Shown in pieces: positions 10,126 to 24,800 of a stretch of DNA of 64,000 nt; the first letter of the stretch is position 1; each line of letters opens with the position of its first letter. Position numbers and translations under genes: made by a program. The stretch is from Azolla caroliniana (lineage: Eukaryota > Plantae > Polypodiophyta): positions 16,058,001 to 16,122,000 of the forward strand of contig JBHGNT010000003.1 of NCBI GenBank assembly GCA_043228905.1, written 5' to 3'. The notes under the pieces were generated by a model. The model did no database searches and was not told where the DNA came from. It saw nothing but the letters and a program-made list of their open reading frames with translations.

Positions 10126-13100
10126 ATCCACTCAATTGACACTTTTAACCACCAGCACCTCATGCCATGCCATAAGGTGTGATCTAGTTTTGCATCTATT
10201 TTGCTTTTGCTTACACACTTGCATTCATGACAATTCACTTCCAAGTTTAGTTATCGAAAACCCCTCCCGAGGAAATGAGTTCACATTCCAAAACGACTTT
10301 CGACCACCACTCGCCACCATATATACATGACATTGTTCATGTCATGCTTTTATACACCGTTATATAACTGTCATCTTCCCTCATCTATCACATGATGATG
10401 CGATGAATATCCTATTCATTGAGTAACATGGCTCACATGATAGTGATGAAAGTTTAGCACAGACAATCGAGTAGGTAGGTTAATGTGAACTTCCCGGAAC
10501 TGAATTGGAACACCATATCCAATTCTCTCTTGATGATCCATAGATGATTGTTCCTTTCTGCCTAGTTCTGTGGGTTTTTGTAGTACACCTTCGCTCATGT
10601 TTATTGTCGACTTGGTAAGTAGAATGTAATACAATTAGAGTACACATTACTTATCATACATACAATGTGATGACAACCCAAGCTATGACTTTGGGGATGT
10701 TTAAGAGAATGCAAATCTATGCTTGGCTTGCCTAAATCTATAAATGAAAGGATATTGATTTGTGACTAAATTATGCCACGAATTAAGATTGTGCTGTATA
10801 GTCTTCATCTACTTGTAAAATGGAATTCTTACATTCTCAATCTTCAGAGTTGAGAAATTTGTAGAATCTTATAATATATGAAATACTTCATTTCTCGTTT
10901 TATATCTTGGCTACGAAAGACAAAGCAAATTAGTATTACACATGAATGAGTTTTAATATCCACACAAGTCTACAAATGTCAGTAACAACGCATGGTGTAG
11001 GAAATTCCCTTCAGAAATTTAAATTACTAATTGTGTCCAATACACTGAGTTTTGACCTATTCTAAGTTTTGAATATACCTTTGGCTGAACATTAAAACTT
11101 GTTTTGCATTTGATGCCTGAAAGTTTGAATGGATAGCAGTTAGGGTATACAATGTAATTTAATGTGTTTGATCTTAATTGAATTCACAATTGATCATGAT
11201 CTTGTCTCTCAAAATCAATGTTGAAAGCTTCCTGCAAGATAGATCCATATTAAGGGATCGAAATCATATGGGAATAATCGAAATGCCAAAATTCCCAAGA
11301 TAGATCAATCTGTGTGTTGACCAAAACCAGCGCAAGATCCATATTAAGGAAGCATTTATTACCATTAGCAGATATTTATTACAAGTAGCTAGACCTAGTT
11401 TGGAAAGATAAGAGGGTAAAATGAGAGAGACGTAAGACCTCAAGTGGTTTCTTCTTTGTGAAATGTGATTTGGGCAAGATCCCTCTATTCGAGCAAGCTT
11501 CTTTTTTGGGCTAATAAATCTTCTATAAAGATTCTCCAAAGGAGCGAGATTTTGAAACTATAGTTTTGTGATCCATAATTTGTCGGAAATATGGACATCA
11601 TTTTATTTCCAAGATGCTTGAGTAGCCATAAAAAATGTCTTGGTTCTGATATGTTTTGCATAACCTTGGGGATGCAAGTTCATGTAAACATCGAATCTAT
11701 CCTTTCAATTGGCAACCTCAATGAGAAAGACTTACATACACAGGCCTCTAAGGCCATTTACTTTCAAAAAAGGATCTAGTGTTTAATGCAAACAACATAA
11801 TGTTAGTTGTAGCCTAACTTTATATAGGACCCCAAAGGGATGCAAAAGGTTGACAGTTGGCCTAAATCTTAGGAGTTTTAGGCATTTGGATATTCCCAAA
11901 CTATTGTCAACCTCAAGTTGTTACCACAAGACAAAACAAACTAAAACTAGGGGGATTTCGTGCTTCCCTCTTAGAGAAATTGTCACATGACAAAGTGCTT
12001 GCCAAACTAAGTGATTCTTGATGTTTTTGCCCATAGTTTCACTACGAACATATTATCACAAGTCATTTTGATATGATTTTAGTATCATGTTGATATGATT
12101 TTGACGGTGCCCGCCCAAAAGTTTTCGAAAGGGAAAATAATAGAAACTCATGTATTTAATAACACCACAGTTAAGTTCATCTACGTTGATGCAACAACAC
12201 ATTATGATATCCAAGTCTCTCACATTTTATTTAATAATGATCCAACAACTTCTTTCCAATCATTGTCTTTTTTGAAACATTTCAAATAAACTCAACTAAG
12301 GACACCACAAAAATGTATATTTCACATAAAGCCTTGTCTAAAACAGAGTAATTACATTGATTCATGTACTAACATCATACATTTGAAGACACTCATAGAC
12401 TTGATTAGACATGACATTTATACCTCTATAGTGGTACATTTACACTCCTACTAACCAAGATGAGTTGAAGCTTTAACAATATTGAAACAATTGCTATTGT
12501 CAGATCCCGCAAACTTCCTATTGAAAGCAATATTGATTTTACTAACATCATGACAAATGTTGGAGTCATCAATTAAGATTGAATGTAGTATTATGTGGAT
12601 ATGAAATTGGGTTTTCATTTAAGTCATTAGCTACTAGATGTTATCATAAAGCTAAATCAACTGTAATTAATTAACTATTAGAAGTTATCACTTAATTAAT
12701 TAGCTATTGCTTGTCATCAATTAGGTAATTAGCAAGTAGATGTTATGACCATGGTAAATCAATGCTAGCGAAAAGATATTGAACAATCTCACTTAGCTAA
12801 TTATCTACTAGATGTTACCATCAAGCTAAATCGGTCTTAGCTAGAACTACAACTTATTGCTAGGAAAATTAGCTATTGGACATTATCACTTATCTATTTA
12901 GTAGGAATCGATAATGGTTTGGTTTTGGCTTAACTGATTTGGCCTTGTCTAAGACAAACAAGTTAAGCCTTAACCGGTTTCGGAGTTAAGGCTGAACCGA
13001 AACAAACCACTCCCTAAAGTTGTTAAGGCTGAACAAATTCTTTGGCCAAATTGATTAAGCCTAAACCAGTTTAGGAACCTAGCTGAATTGAACCATCAAA

Positions 13101-13383
13101 CCATTTCAAAAGTTGTTTAATGACAAGTTGCACGCTTCAACTAAGCCATTTGTAGTGCTTCCTATTTATATTTAGGGAAAACTAATAAAACACCAACTTT
13201 TCACAAAAAGGGGCATATACGAGAATATAAGGAGCCCTGACGAAGATCCAAAACTTGACTTACCTCAATTGTTAGCTAGATGTTCTATGCCATCTAAGAC
13301 ATCACAAAACACATGGAAGTTGGCGGTGCATGGGATGGTGTATTAAATTTCAATCCAACGTATTGAACTTGAAACTACATTAA

Positions 13384-16300
13384 TGTTAGGAATATGGATC
13401 CGAATGAGGATAATTTGGACTACCATCTCAATCAAGACAAATTAAACAATAGATGAAACCACAAGACGAAAATGAGAGTACACCAAAACTTTTAACATGG
13501 AAAACCCAAAATAGGGAAAAACCACAAAACCCCTTCAAGTTCAAAACAAGTTCACTATTTTTCTTAGTACAAATGAATATAACCTCTCTAGCTTTGACTA
13601 GAGGGATGTATATGCTAAGGCAGTAGCCTTGATTACAATTCCTCACCCAACTGGGTGGATAGAAAAACTAACAAAAATTATAAACAAGGAAAAACATGAA
13701 ACGATCCCTACACACGAAAATCCACTCCCCTCTGTCCCACTCGAGTAAATTGGTTTTGAAAGCATTCCGCCAGTTGAGCTGAAGAAACTTGATGCAAAGT
13801 AGATAGGATAGTTGTTGTTCAATCGTGGTTCTCTGATAGCACAAACAACCCCTCGTAGGTCTCTGTCTCCACTTTTGCACTTTGGTAGAACACTCTTCCT
13901 CTTGCTCTCACTCTTTCGTTCTTTGTTTTTCTCACCTTGTTTTCTGTTTTTCTGTGTAAAAAAAACAGGTCATGCTGTCTCCCTTTTTCTTTTCTCTGTT
14001 TTTCTTTTTTTGTCTTCTTGTAGTCCAATGTCTATATCTGTGTTCACACACACACACACACACACAAGACACACACCCAAAAAAACACAGAAAAAGAAAA
14101 AGGCATACATATATATAAATATAAATACAACTAATTATAACTTTTCTTATAACTTGCCTTAAGCCTATTCAGCGTTCAACCGACTCTCCACTTGAGTGGA
14201 CAAGCCCCAACAATTCTCCCCCTCCGTCTTAAGTGGGGGGCACAACCAAGTTTGCCTTTTGTTTGCAAACTTCAAGCTTCTCCCTTGACAATCTTTTAGT
14301 CATCATGTCAGAATCATTCTCATTGGTATGTATCTTCTCAATGTGCATTTTCTTTTCTTCAAGCACATCTCTAATCCAATGGTATCTAACATCAATGTGC
14401 TTTGACTTAGAGTGAAAGGAAGAATTGATGCTGAAAGGCAACTCTGTGTTGTTTGCCGACCAAGCAATCAACACAAGTTTCCAAGTGCATACCTTTTATG
14501 TCCGGCAGGATGTTCTTCCTTGCTAGAACATCGAGTCCCTTTTGACTCATGTGCCCAAGTCTCTTATGCCATAGCTCAATCGAGGCATCCTTGTTGGCTA
14601 CATTTACCTCTCCGCTGGACACCACATCATGAAGTACATAGAGGGAATTCTGTTTTAGACGTTTTGCTAATACTAGCGAGCCTTTGATGAGCTTCCATTT
14701 TCCTTCACCAAAGGAATTTGTGTAACCCTCATCATCAAGCTTACCGGCTGAAATAATATCCAGCCAAATGTCTGGTACATGCCTAACATCTTTTAATACT
14801 AGTTTGCAACCCATGTCCGTGGTCAGAATTATATTTCCTATGCCAACAACCTCAGTCACGCCGTGGTTAACCGTTTTAACTTTACCAAAGTCACCACCGG
14901 CATATGACGAGAACATTTCCCGATATGGGGTAATGTGGTACGAGGCTCCCGAATCGATAATCCAATCAGTTTCTTGCAATGCTAAACTGACACAAGCATC
15001 ATCACACACGATGATAATATCACCATCACATGCGACTATCGTGGAATCATTTTTCTTGTTGTCAATAGTTCCACTCTTTTGGTCCCTCTTTTTCTTCCTA
15101 CAATCTCTTTCATAGTGGTTTAAACCACCACAATAATGACACGTGAAGTCTTTCTTAGAGTCTTTCGTATTTCTAGATTTAGACCTCCCCTTAGAATTAT
15201 TTCTGTGATGTTTTGGACCCCTGGCATGGTTTCTTCCTCTAAAGGAGTTGTTTTCTATGACTAAGGCTTTATGGTCAAAGTTGGACTCGTGCTCCTTTCG
15301 TCAGGCTTCTTCATGTAGAAGATTCGACTTAAGCATGTCCAATGTTAGGTCCTTTTGTTGCGTTGCAGTCCCAAGCGTCACAACAAGGGTTTCCCAACTA
15401 TCTAGGAGAGACCCTAACAATAACAAGGTCCACACCTCATTTGCTAAAGGTATATCTAGAGAGACATATTGACTTATAAGTCCTTGAAACGTATTAAGAT
15501 GCTTTGCCATACTAGAGCCATCTTGATACCTAAGTCTTACAAGTTTCCTAAACACGGAGACTCTATTCAAAGCATTTTTGGTCCGAAAAATACTCTCGAT
15601 TTTTATCCATAACTCATTTGCTTTTGTTTCATCACAAAAACTGTTATATAGACTCATATCTATGAAACATCGGATGTATGCAGATGCCTTTAGATGCATG
15701 GCATCCTAAGTTAATGTATCTATGAACTCAGGTTTGCTCGTACCATGTAGTATGGGCAACCACATGTCCTTACATACCAACATGTCCCTCATTTTGGACT
15801 TCCTAATGGGGTAGTTGGATCCCGTCAGTTTAATCATCCCGCCTAATGATTCATCCATATTCCAAGTCTTTGCGGAGGTATGAACCTCTGCTCTGATACC
15901 ACTTCTTGGGAATATGGATCCGAATCGGGATGATTTGGACTACCAACTCAATCAAGACAAATTAAACAATAGATGAAACCACAAGACGAAAATGAGAGTA
16001 CACCAAAACTTTTAATGTGGAAAACCCAATGTTGAGATATCAAGCTCAATTAGTTTAATCTAGTTAGTCAACACATGTAACTTAGTAATTACCTAGATCG
16101 AATCTAGTTAATGTGTTGACCTTAAGCCTTTAAATAGGACCTTGTACTTAAGTGGGGTATTCTAGATCCTCCACTCCTTAGTACATTTAATGTAGGACTT
16201 ACACATAAGTACCTATGTTCTACCCACACATGTGCACCTTTGCACATGGGTTGTATATATACCTCATTGTGGGTATTTTTGTATGTTGATGACACTTTTC

Positions 16301-16916
16301 AATATAGTCAATCATCCCCCATTTATCTTTGTGTTCATAAGTGTAACCTCCTCTCTCTCTCTTTTCCTCTCACACACTCTCACGTGCATATGATACTAAT
16401 CTTCCGCTACTTAACATAACCATATAATTAGTCTCTAATTAACCCTAGTTAATTACCTAATAACTTAACACCCAAAATAGGGAAAAACCACGGAACCCCT
16501 TCGGGTTCAAAACAAGTTCACTATTTTTCTTAGTACAAACGAATACAACCTCTCTAGCTTTGACTAGAGGGATGTATATGCTAAGGCAGTAGCCTTGATT
16601 ACAATTCCTCACCCAATTGGGTGGATAGAAAAACTAACAAAATTTGGAAACAAGGAAAAACATGAAACGAAGAAACCTGATGCAAAGTAGATAGGATAGT
16701 TGTTGTTCAATCGTGGTTCTCTGATAGCACGAACAACCCCTCGTAGGTCTCTATCTCCACTTTTGCACTTTGGTAGAACACTCTTCCTCTTGCTCTCACT
16801 CTTTCGTTCTCAGTTTTTTGTTTTTCTGTGTAAAAAAAACAGGTCACGTTGTCTCCCTTTTTCTTTTCTCTGTTTTTCTCTTTTTGTATTCTTGTAGTCC
16901 AACGTCTATATCTGTG

Positions 16917-16960
<44 letters not shown>

Positions 16961-17120
16961 ATACACACCCAAAAAAACATACAAAAAGAAAAAGGCATAC
17001 ATATATATAAAAATATATAAATACAAAGAATTATAACTTTTCTTATAACTTGCCTTAAGCCTATTCAGTGTTCAACCGACTCAATGTTGTGGGCTCCACT
17101 TGAGTGGACAAGCCCCAACA
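13384..17120 (-). mobile_element. Ty1/copia element with both LTRs, internally deleted (non-autonomous)
   Basis: 5' LTR 17120-15904 and 3' LTR 14212-13384. PBS TGGTATCAGAGC (tRNA-iMet) at 15901-15890; PPT GGAGGGGGAGAAT ending at 14213; flanks ATTAA/ATTTA. Contains gag, protease WIIDSGAS and pre-integrase joined near 14425 directly to the RNase H end (SKHIDVRYHWIR). Confidence 0.92.
16030..16470. mobile_element. Solo LTR (441 bp) nested in the copia 5' LTR
   Basis: TGTTGAG...CTTAACA with perfect 5-bp TSD CCCAA (16025-16029, 16471-16475); absent from the sister LTR at ~13505. Confidence 0.92.
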
Positions 17121-19732
17121 ATTTACACTAATCCTGTTGATTTGTAGAAAGGCATCTTTACTCCTTATTCCCAATATGCTTTTTCAGTAGTATCATGATT
17201 TGCCATCTAAACGGTTTTGCAGAAAGTATCTATTGGTTTGTCAAGGCTCATCTTGTTGTGAAGCCATAACTGGAATTTTGTTTTGATACCATTTTGTGCC
17301 CCTTTTTGTGCAGCGATATTGAATTCACATATACAGAACTGCAATTTATCAAGTGACAAATCTTATCCCCAAAACACTAATAAATAAGAGTTAGTTGTGT
17401 TCCGTCTAAAGGTTTTTCCTTATGAATATTTAGGTGATTATTAAGGCTTTTCCTAAATTGAGTAGAATTAGTGTTTAAAATTGGGGCATGTATATAAGTT
17501 TGTTGTGATTGTTTGGTTACTGGAGGCGATAAGTTAGACTCATTGGTTGAAGGGGAAACTTGTGGGTGTGCTTCTAGACATGAGGACGTCAGTGGAAGAG
17601 GGTTAATTGGCATGTGGTCCATTGTGACTTGTTGGATTTCTGAAGAAGTTGGTAGAGCCCACCAAGAATTAGTGGGCGAGGATTACTTCTTTGTTGGATT
17701 CAGTGTTGGATAGGTTTGATATGGTAGTTATGTTTTGTATCTTTTCATGTCCATGGTGTGGGTGAGGATTAGATATTTATTTAAGTTATCTTCATCAAAT
17801 ATCACCTGTCGACTGAATAAATTTTTTATGGATTTTCAGTCATATAATTGATAACCCTTCCATTAGGTTCACCATACCCAACGAATATTGTGCAAATTGC
17901 CTAATTATCTACTTTTGATCGAGTTTCTAAGGGTACAAGTGCATATGATGGACATCCAAAGATTCTTAGATTTTCATAATTTGGACTTTTCCCAAACTAC
18001 AAAGAAAATGGAGTTGTCCTAATTGATCTACTATATGTTCTATTGAATATATAACAAGTTGTCAAAACAATCTCTTCCTATTATGTTCAGGGAAGGTTTG
18101 CAATGGCAAGCATGCAATGAGTTGCATCCATATACAACTGGTTTCGTCATTCAACCCTTGAATTGTGTTGAGGTGTATAAAGGATTGTAACTATTGTTGA
18201 ATCTCATTGTTTTGGCAATAAGTTTGGAAGTTTTGGCAATAGGGATGGGGTAGACAAAGGACCACATATATCTATGTGTACTAGGTGAAGGGGTTTAGTA
18301 GTTGTCGTGGGATGTCAAGGGAAATGGCGAATTAGAGAGTTTTCTAAAGATACACCATTCGCAAAGAGATGGTTTCGATTTTTGAGGAAGGGTAAAACCG
18401 ACTGTTATATGTTCGGGCCATGTGAACCATTGTTTCATGGTTTAGGTGACCTAATCGAGAGTGCCATAGCACGACTGCATAGTTTGATGTGTTTCAATCA
18501 TCTATGTGGTGTGCTTCTTCAACAGGTACCACAGGGCGGCCTAATAGGTAAAGACATCCTTATCTTGGACAATGAACAACATAACCTCAACCACATACAA
18601 TATTTGTGGTAGAACTCGCCACATGTGTTCTCATTTGTGAGTTTATTAACAAATATCAAGTTTATTAACAAATATCAAGTTTACAAATAAACTTCATTGA
18701 CTTCAATGAAGTTCCCATAAAAAAGTTCAAGATGGGCAATTCCATGTCCAAGGGCGTATTCAACCCCATTGTTCCCAAATCTCGCCGGGAGGGGATGTGC
18801 TTAGGCCTTATAGTCTTTGAGCCATTCAACCCTTGAGGGGAGATGACATGTGGCACCTATATCAAGAATCCAGATTGAAGTGGGAGAGTGGTTAAATGAA
18901 GTGAGGGCCATAAAGGAAATGAAGGAATCTTCATTGTCCTCATTGGAATTTTGGTCACTATGACATATGTCATTATTTTGATCATAGTCATCATGTGATC
19001 CATTGTAAGAGTGGTCTTGTTTATATGCTCTTTCACCATTGTTATTAAAATTCCTATAACAATCTTTCGTTTCATGTTCACTCCTTTGACAATTTTTGCA
19101 TCATTGTTATTAGATTTGTGATGATCTCTTGAATCATTAAATTTAGAGGTCTGTGAATAAAGTTTGGAGTTAGTAGATTGGTATGTTGATCTAGGTTTAT
19201 TGTAAGATTTTTTATTGTATGTTGAATGCTTGGTATAAACTGCGGTGTGAGATGAGGTGGGTTGATTTATTGCCCTATGAAGTATGTTTTCTTGTGAGAT
19301 TGATGCTACGTTGGGGTTCTAATATTGGCTGATGTGGATTTTGTGCTTATAAATGGTTGCCATGATGGGGGTAGGGTTGCTAACAAGACGACGGATTGAA
19401 GGGAACTTGGCAAACTAAGTCTTGAAAGGATCACATCATCAAGGCGAAGTCTTTAATTTTTGACAAACGTGTCAACGTCATCATTTTCATTCATATTCAT
19501 ATTTATTAAAGTTTTTAAATTGACAACTTGGGATGTAACGTTGGTATGGAGGTAATCAGCCTCTAATATATCCCATATTTGTTTGGACGTAGACAAGGTT
19601 CTCACACTTTGCTTAAGTGTGTCTTCCATATGGAGGAGTTCCAAGTGAGCGTTTAAATCACGCCGCTTCCACATTTGCACGTCGGGTACATTTGTGGGGT
19701 TATGAATGTCGGGCCACACGTCGGTTCCATTG

Positions 19733-20152
19733 TGTTACGAATGAGTAGAATAGAGCAGAACCAAGACTGGACTAAGTACTAAAAGAGAGAATAGACAAGA
19801 GAAAAGAACAAGAACTCAATTTATGATTCCGTAATTGGTGTTGTTCACCTTGATTAGAATCAAGGTGCACTTGAGTATTTATACAAGAAGGTAGAGGTAT
19901 GCATGTAAGCTAGGAATAGAGAATGCATGAGGATGCATGCAAGCTAGGAATAGAAGATGCATGAGGATGCATGCAAGCTTGGAACTTCCAATGTTCGATC
20001 TACAATACATCAAGTTGGGTTTTAAAAAGATGCATAAATGGATGCAACTTAGTTGGTAGGGTTGCCCAATGGAAACCAAACGGTCGTGGGTTCAACCCCT
20101 ACCTTCCACCATGGCATGACAACTAGTTAACTTCATATGGATGTCTATGACA
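19733..20152 (-). mobile_element. Solo LTR (420 bp) of Tcn1-like subfamily B, inserted in copia gag
   Basis: Minus strand TGTCATAG...GTAACA with perfect TSD CATTG (19728-19732, 20153-20157). Removing it restores the gag frame NIVN-G-TDVWP. Homologous to the LTR at 55411, which lies next to Tcn1-like pol. Confidence 0.9.
20045..20099 (+). promoter_or_regulatory. tRNA-like A-box/B-box module in solo LTR, antisense to LTR
   Basis: CAACTTAGTTGG (20045-20056), then 32 nt, then GGTTCAACCCC (20089-20099). Confidence 0.65.
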
Positions 20153-20398
20153 CATTGACGATATTTAAGAAGTTGTATTTTTCTAATATAATTTCCATGG
20201 TCATACGCCATGGTTGATAATTTTTATCATTCAATTTTTCAATGTGATAAGTACGAGATGATATTTGGGCGGCATTTACCGCCATATTCATTATCATTCC
20301 AATGTTTGACACGTTCGTTATTGACACCACGAGAAGCTTCTTGGTGGGTTGGCCTCCTTCACCGCTCTAATAACATGTAGGAATTATGAAATTGAAAG

Positions 20399-20444
<46 letters not shown>

Positions 20445-20473
20445 TTGTTTAATCTTGTTTCTCTATAACTAAT

Positions 20474-20866
20474 TGTTGAGAATCAAGCTCAACTTGGTCT
20501 AGTGTGTGAACTCACCTTGAGAGTGAATAGACACTCCAACGATCAAGAGTCACCATTATGTCACCACTTTGTATTCTAGCATTTAGTGTGAGTCACAGAA
20601 TCATATTCTATGACACATAACTTATGAGCTTTCACATTCCCCATGCTCCATGAGTCTTGTAGTTAATGAAGAGAGAGGGTGACTATATAAAGCACCCTCC
20701 TCCCACCTTGTAGAACGTTGAGTCTTTCTCCTTTGTTAATATACTTTACTTCGCGTATTCTCTGTGTCTTACTCCTTGTGTCTCTCACTCACTCTCTCTC
20801 TCTCTCATACAAACACAGAGTTCATATCTATTCCGCTACACAGAATCCATCTCTTGATTCTTTACA
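20474..20866. mobile_element. Probable LTR fragment related to the 16030 solo LTR
   Basis: Starts TGTTGAGAATCAAGCTCAA (compare TGTTGAGATATCAAGCTCAA); has TATATAA and a TTCCGCTAC motif; no TSD found and the 3' end is uncertain. Confidence 0.5.
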
Positions 20867-21820
20867 CCAACCGACCACTTCTTAGAGAATGTGGTGGTTA
20901 TAGGTGCATCCTACTTGTGGGGTGCACATTTTCATGTTCGTTTACCTTTTTGTATTACATTTATTATTTTTCTATTTATTTATTCTAACTTACACAAGAT
21001 GTTGTAATGACAGTTTGAACTAATATAATTGGAAATGAGAGCTAGCATTTCTGAAATGTGCTTTGGTAAGTTGTTTATCTTGGACTAAGTCTTAGTCGCA
21101 AACACAATTTATTCCCTTCCGGAATACTATCCAACAGTGTGGTCGGAGGGATGGAATTATGTCCACATACAATTACAAGTCATCCAGTTACATATACACT
21201 ATCCAATTATCCGACACTCTCTCTGGTACACAATTCTAGTATAGATTAACGCGTGTAAGATCAATGCATAGAAGTGTAGAAGGCAAGTACACAATATATA
21301 ACCCCAATGAACTATATTACTCTCTCTCTTGTTATTGTTACCCGGCCGGCAAAGGATTTAAAGACCAGAATGTGAAAGGGATTGTATATTCAGAATCTAT
21401 TATAATTAAGTAGTTTATGAGATGTGAACAGACGGACCGAAATCGGTATGCCGATCCGGATCCAGACCGGTTCCGAACAGGTGCTGGTTGGCACCGTTTT
21501 GTACTTCGCACCGGTGACCTATATAAAGGCCCGGTTACAGTGTAAAACTGGGACGGATAATTAATAGAGCTTCTTGTTTTATCTTTAAGTGTTGATTATC
21601 GTTCTGTGCTAATTGTTCTATCATACGCGTGTATCAAGACTAATGCCATATTGCTAAGTAACCAATTAAGTTTGATTAATCGTTGAGTCTTAAGTTATCT
21701 CGCCGTAGCACCCCTTTGGTGAAGTGTCTTCCGTAGACACCCTGTGTTAGGCCATTGTCGGGCCCTAAGGAATAACATAGAGTTTTTGGCGACCACAATT
21801 CCTGCACAATTGCAACGAAC

Positions 21821-24800
21821 AATGGCGGGAATGGATGACTAGACCAACGAACGACCTGGTTAAGGAGCGAGCAAGGAGACTTGCTGAACGGCTGAGGAAG
21901 CGAGAGGCTTTCTAGGAAGCAGAAGAAGAAATCAGAGCGGATCGCTCATTTTCCAAGGTGATCCGGAGAGTGGCCAAGGAGTCACTTCGTTTACAACAAA
22001 ACAACTACCTGGACGAAGGAAGCAGCCTAAGCAGCCTCCGGGAAGTGGAATCCCTTGTCCAGGCATTGGCAGCGGGCGAAGGCGAATCCGAAACATTTTC
22101 GGCTTTTGAATCGGGTTCGAAAGGGGAATACAACACGCATACGAACTACCGCAGTAGTAACGACACCCCAGACAGACCGGAGGACGAGTCGGATACCTTG
22201 CCGACACCGGAACCAGAATTGACAAGGCTGGAACCTCCGGCACCGAAAGTCGAGCACACTCCAGAACCAGAAGTTGAGGAAGAGAGACCTCCGATATCGG
22301 AAGTCGAGGAGGAGAGGCCTGCAACACCGAAAGAGGAGCAGGAAAGACCTCAGACGCCGACAGAGGAGGAGGAAAGACCACTGACACCACCAGCCCACGT
22401 ACCGACACCAGACAACGATATGTCGTTCCAATATCCCAGATACCGGGATGATCCAGACGTGGAACCCCACGTTCATGCGTTTCAGCAGACCTGGGAGGCA
22501 AACCATGTGTCCCAACGCTTAAATGCGGCCAAAGAGGAACGCTAAAAAATGGCAGAGTTCAGAATGACCCTGGGGGGACTGGCCGCTAGATGGCACCGAA
22601 CACAAGATCCCAACACCATCCCCACGTTTGAAGCATTAAAGACCAATTTCTTGCATTTCTTTCACAAGGAGATGGACCAACGGGAAATGGTAGGCCTATT
22701 TTACATTATCCGACAGGAACCAACGGAGAACGTTCAATAGTTTGTCATCCGGTTCCAGCAGATCCACAGTCAGCTCAGTCGGGCACCACCGGAGGAAGAA
22801 ACAAAGGCTATTCTTAGTAGCACTCCAAGAACCCTTACGAACGGTGTGCACCATCATTGATTTCCGCACCAGCAGCATAGATCAAGTGATCGACCGAGTT
22901 CGGGAAATGGAAAAATCGAGTTCATGGCTAACCCTAGGCGCACTTCAGCGTGCACTACCGACAGATGAGGACCTCCGCTTCCGGCAAGCAATTCAATGTA
23001 CGACATGCCTAAATGCCGAACATTCGGCACTGGAATGCACCATGCGTTCCCAATGGTTGCTCTACCACTCTAGAAGTGACACAATGGAACGGTGTGAGTA
23101 TAACTTATTAAATCGGCAAGCACCACCGGTCCGGCAAATTGAACCATGAAGCAACCGGGAAGAAGAAGAAGAACGTTGGCGGCGAGAGGAGCACTACTGG
23201 CCGGCACAAGATGTCTGGTACAGCGATCAAAGAGATGCTTATGACCGGTATGACATATAGGATAGATATCGGGACTATAATGGACGGTACGAGAGATACA
23301 ACTGGGATCACTCCCCTAGTTACAACCAACGACAAGACGACTCTGGCAAGTATGACGACCAGCCCCGTCAAGGTTACCGAAACAAAAAGAATTTCAACAA
23401 GAAACTTCATTTCAACAAAAAGGGGGGTCATCCACGGGAACCGGAAAAGGGCACTCCAAGCAGCCAACCGGACCAAAACCAAGCATTTACCACATGACCT
23501 CAACCGGGTGCGGGCACAAACGTCGAATCCAGCAACACCCAGAAGGCGTACTACTATTATTGCCGGCAAGAAGGCCACTATAGTAACCAATGTCCGGCGA
23601 AGAGCTACGACAAGTGACCAGCGGTCAACATGGTAGTCGCGGAAGTCGCGGACTTACAACAAGTCACTACAAGATCAAATGGCAAAGCCACGGAGTGGGA
23701 AACTCAAGAAGCCATCCGGAATGACGAAAGATGACACACCACTGGCTCCAACATTCTTTTCAAATCCGGAGGAAGGACCGGCGGTAGCAGAAACGAGCAG
23801 TCCGGTAATCACAACCATCGTGAAAGGAAAAGAGCTATCCGGCACGATTATCGATGGAGGATCCGGCGTGAACGTGATCAGCCTCCAAACGTGTAACACT
23901 CTAGGAATCCATGACTGGGAACCATGCCCGTTTGGCTTCGGATGGCAGACACAAGCTCAGTACGGCCAACCAGATTAATACGTGATCTGGAAGTGACCAT
24001 CAGGGGTCACACATTTCGCATTTCGGCAGTAGTTCTCCAGCTATAGGCTCAAGGAGCTTACCCACTATTGTTGGGACGCCCTTGGTTTAAAACAACACAC
24101 ATCAAGCAAAACTGGAGGAAGAATATAATTACGTTCCGGCGTGGAAAAGCGAAAGTGCGAGTACCGACTCAACCACAATCAGGTACCGGTAAGGAATTGA
24201 CACCGCTATATGCGGAATGTCTCATGCTCGAATATTTGGCGGACGAAGAGGTCGATCAATACTTACAAGAAAATCCGAAGATCGTACCTCTATTCGAAAT
24301 TGATGTAGCCAAAGCAGTATCACTGTACATACTGCAACCGGACAGGACCGACGAGGAACCGGATAAAGAAGCGATCCGGGAGTTACGGCAAGCACAGGAG
24401 GCATTGGAAAGAGAAATGGCAGTGTCGTAGCGCGTAAAAGCATCCCAACTAGAAGAGATAAACCTAGGTACCACAGAGGACGCAAGACTGGTTCACATCG
24501 CCAAGGAAATGACCCCGGAGAACAAAACGGCAATGATCACACTTCTAAAAGAATTTCGTGATGTGTTCGCCTGGTCCTATGAGGACATGCAGGGACTCGA
24601 TCCTCAGTTGTATCAACACCAGATACATCTGAGTAAAGACGCCAAACCGGTAGTGCAACGGCGTTACCAGATGAACCCGAATTACGCAACAAAAGTCAAA
24701 GAAGAAATCGACAAGTTGCTAAGGGTTGGCTTCATCCGACCGGTAAAGATAGCCACATGGCTCAGTCCGATAGTCGTAGTACCGAAAAAGAACAGTAAGA

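Larger units (their letters stand above)
17200..20440 (-). mobile_element. Highly degenerate Ty1/copia element (gag, protease, integrase, RT remnants)
   Basis: Gag IEKLNDKNYQPWRMTMEIILEK (20145-20330) and SKQIWDILEADY; decayed PBS gctctaataaca at 20364-20375 followed by an LTR edge at 20376; integrase remnants 17800-18600. Confidence 0.75.

Noticed and set aside
11200-12560. Very old gypsy/copia coding remnants (also 36500-36900, 42080-42420)
   Set aside because: Only faint motif echoes; too decayed to delimit or classify by eye.
12900-13120. Possible hAT/MITE with AACCG-rich subterminal repeats
   Set aside because: Could not identify matching TIRs or a TSD.
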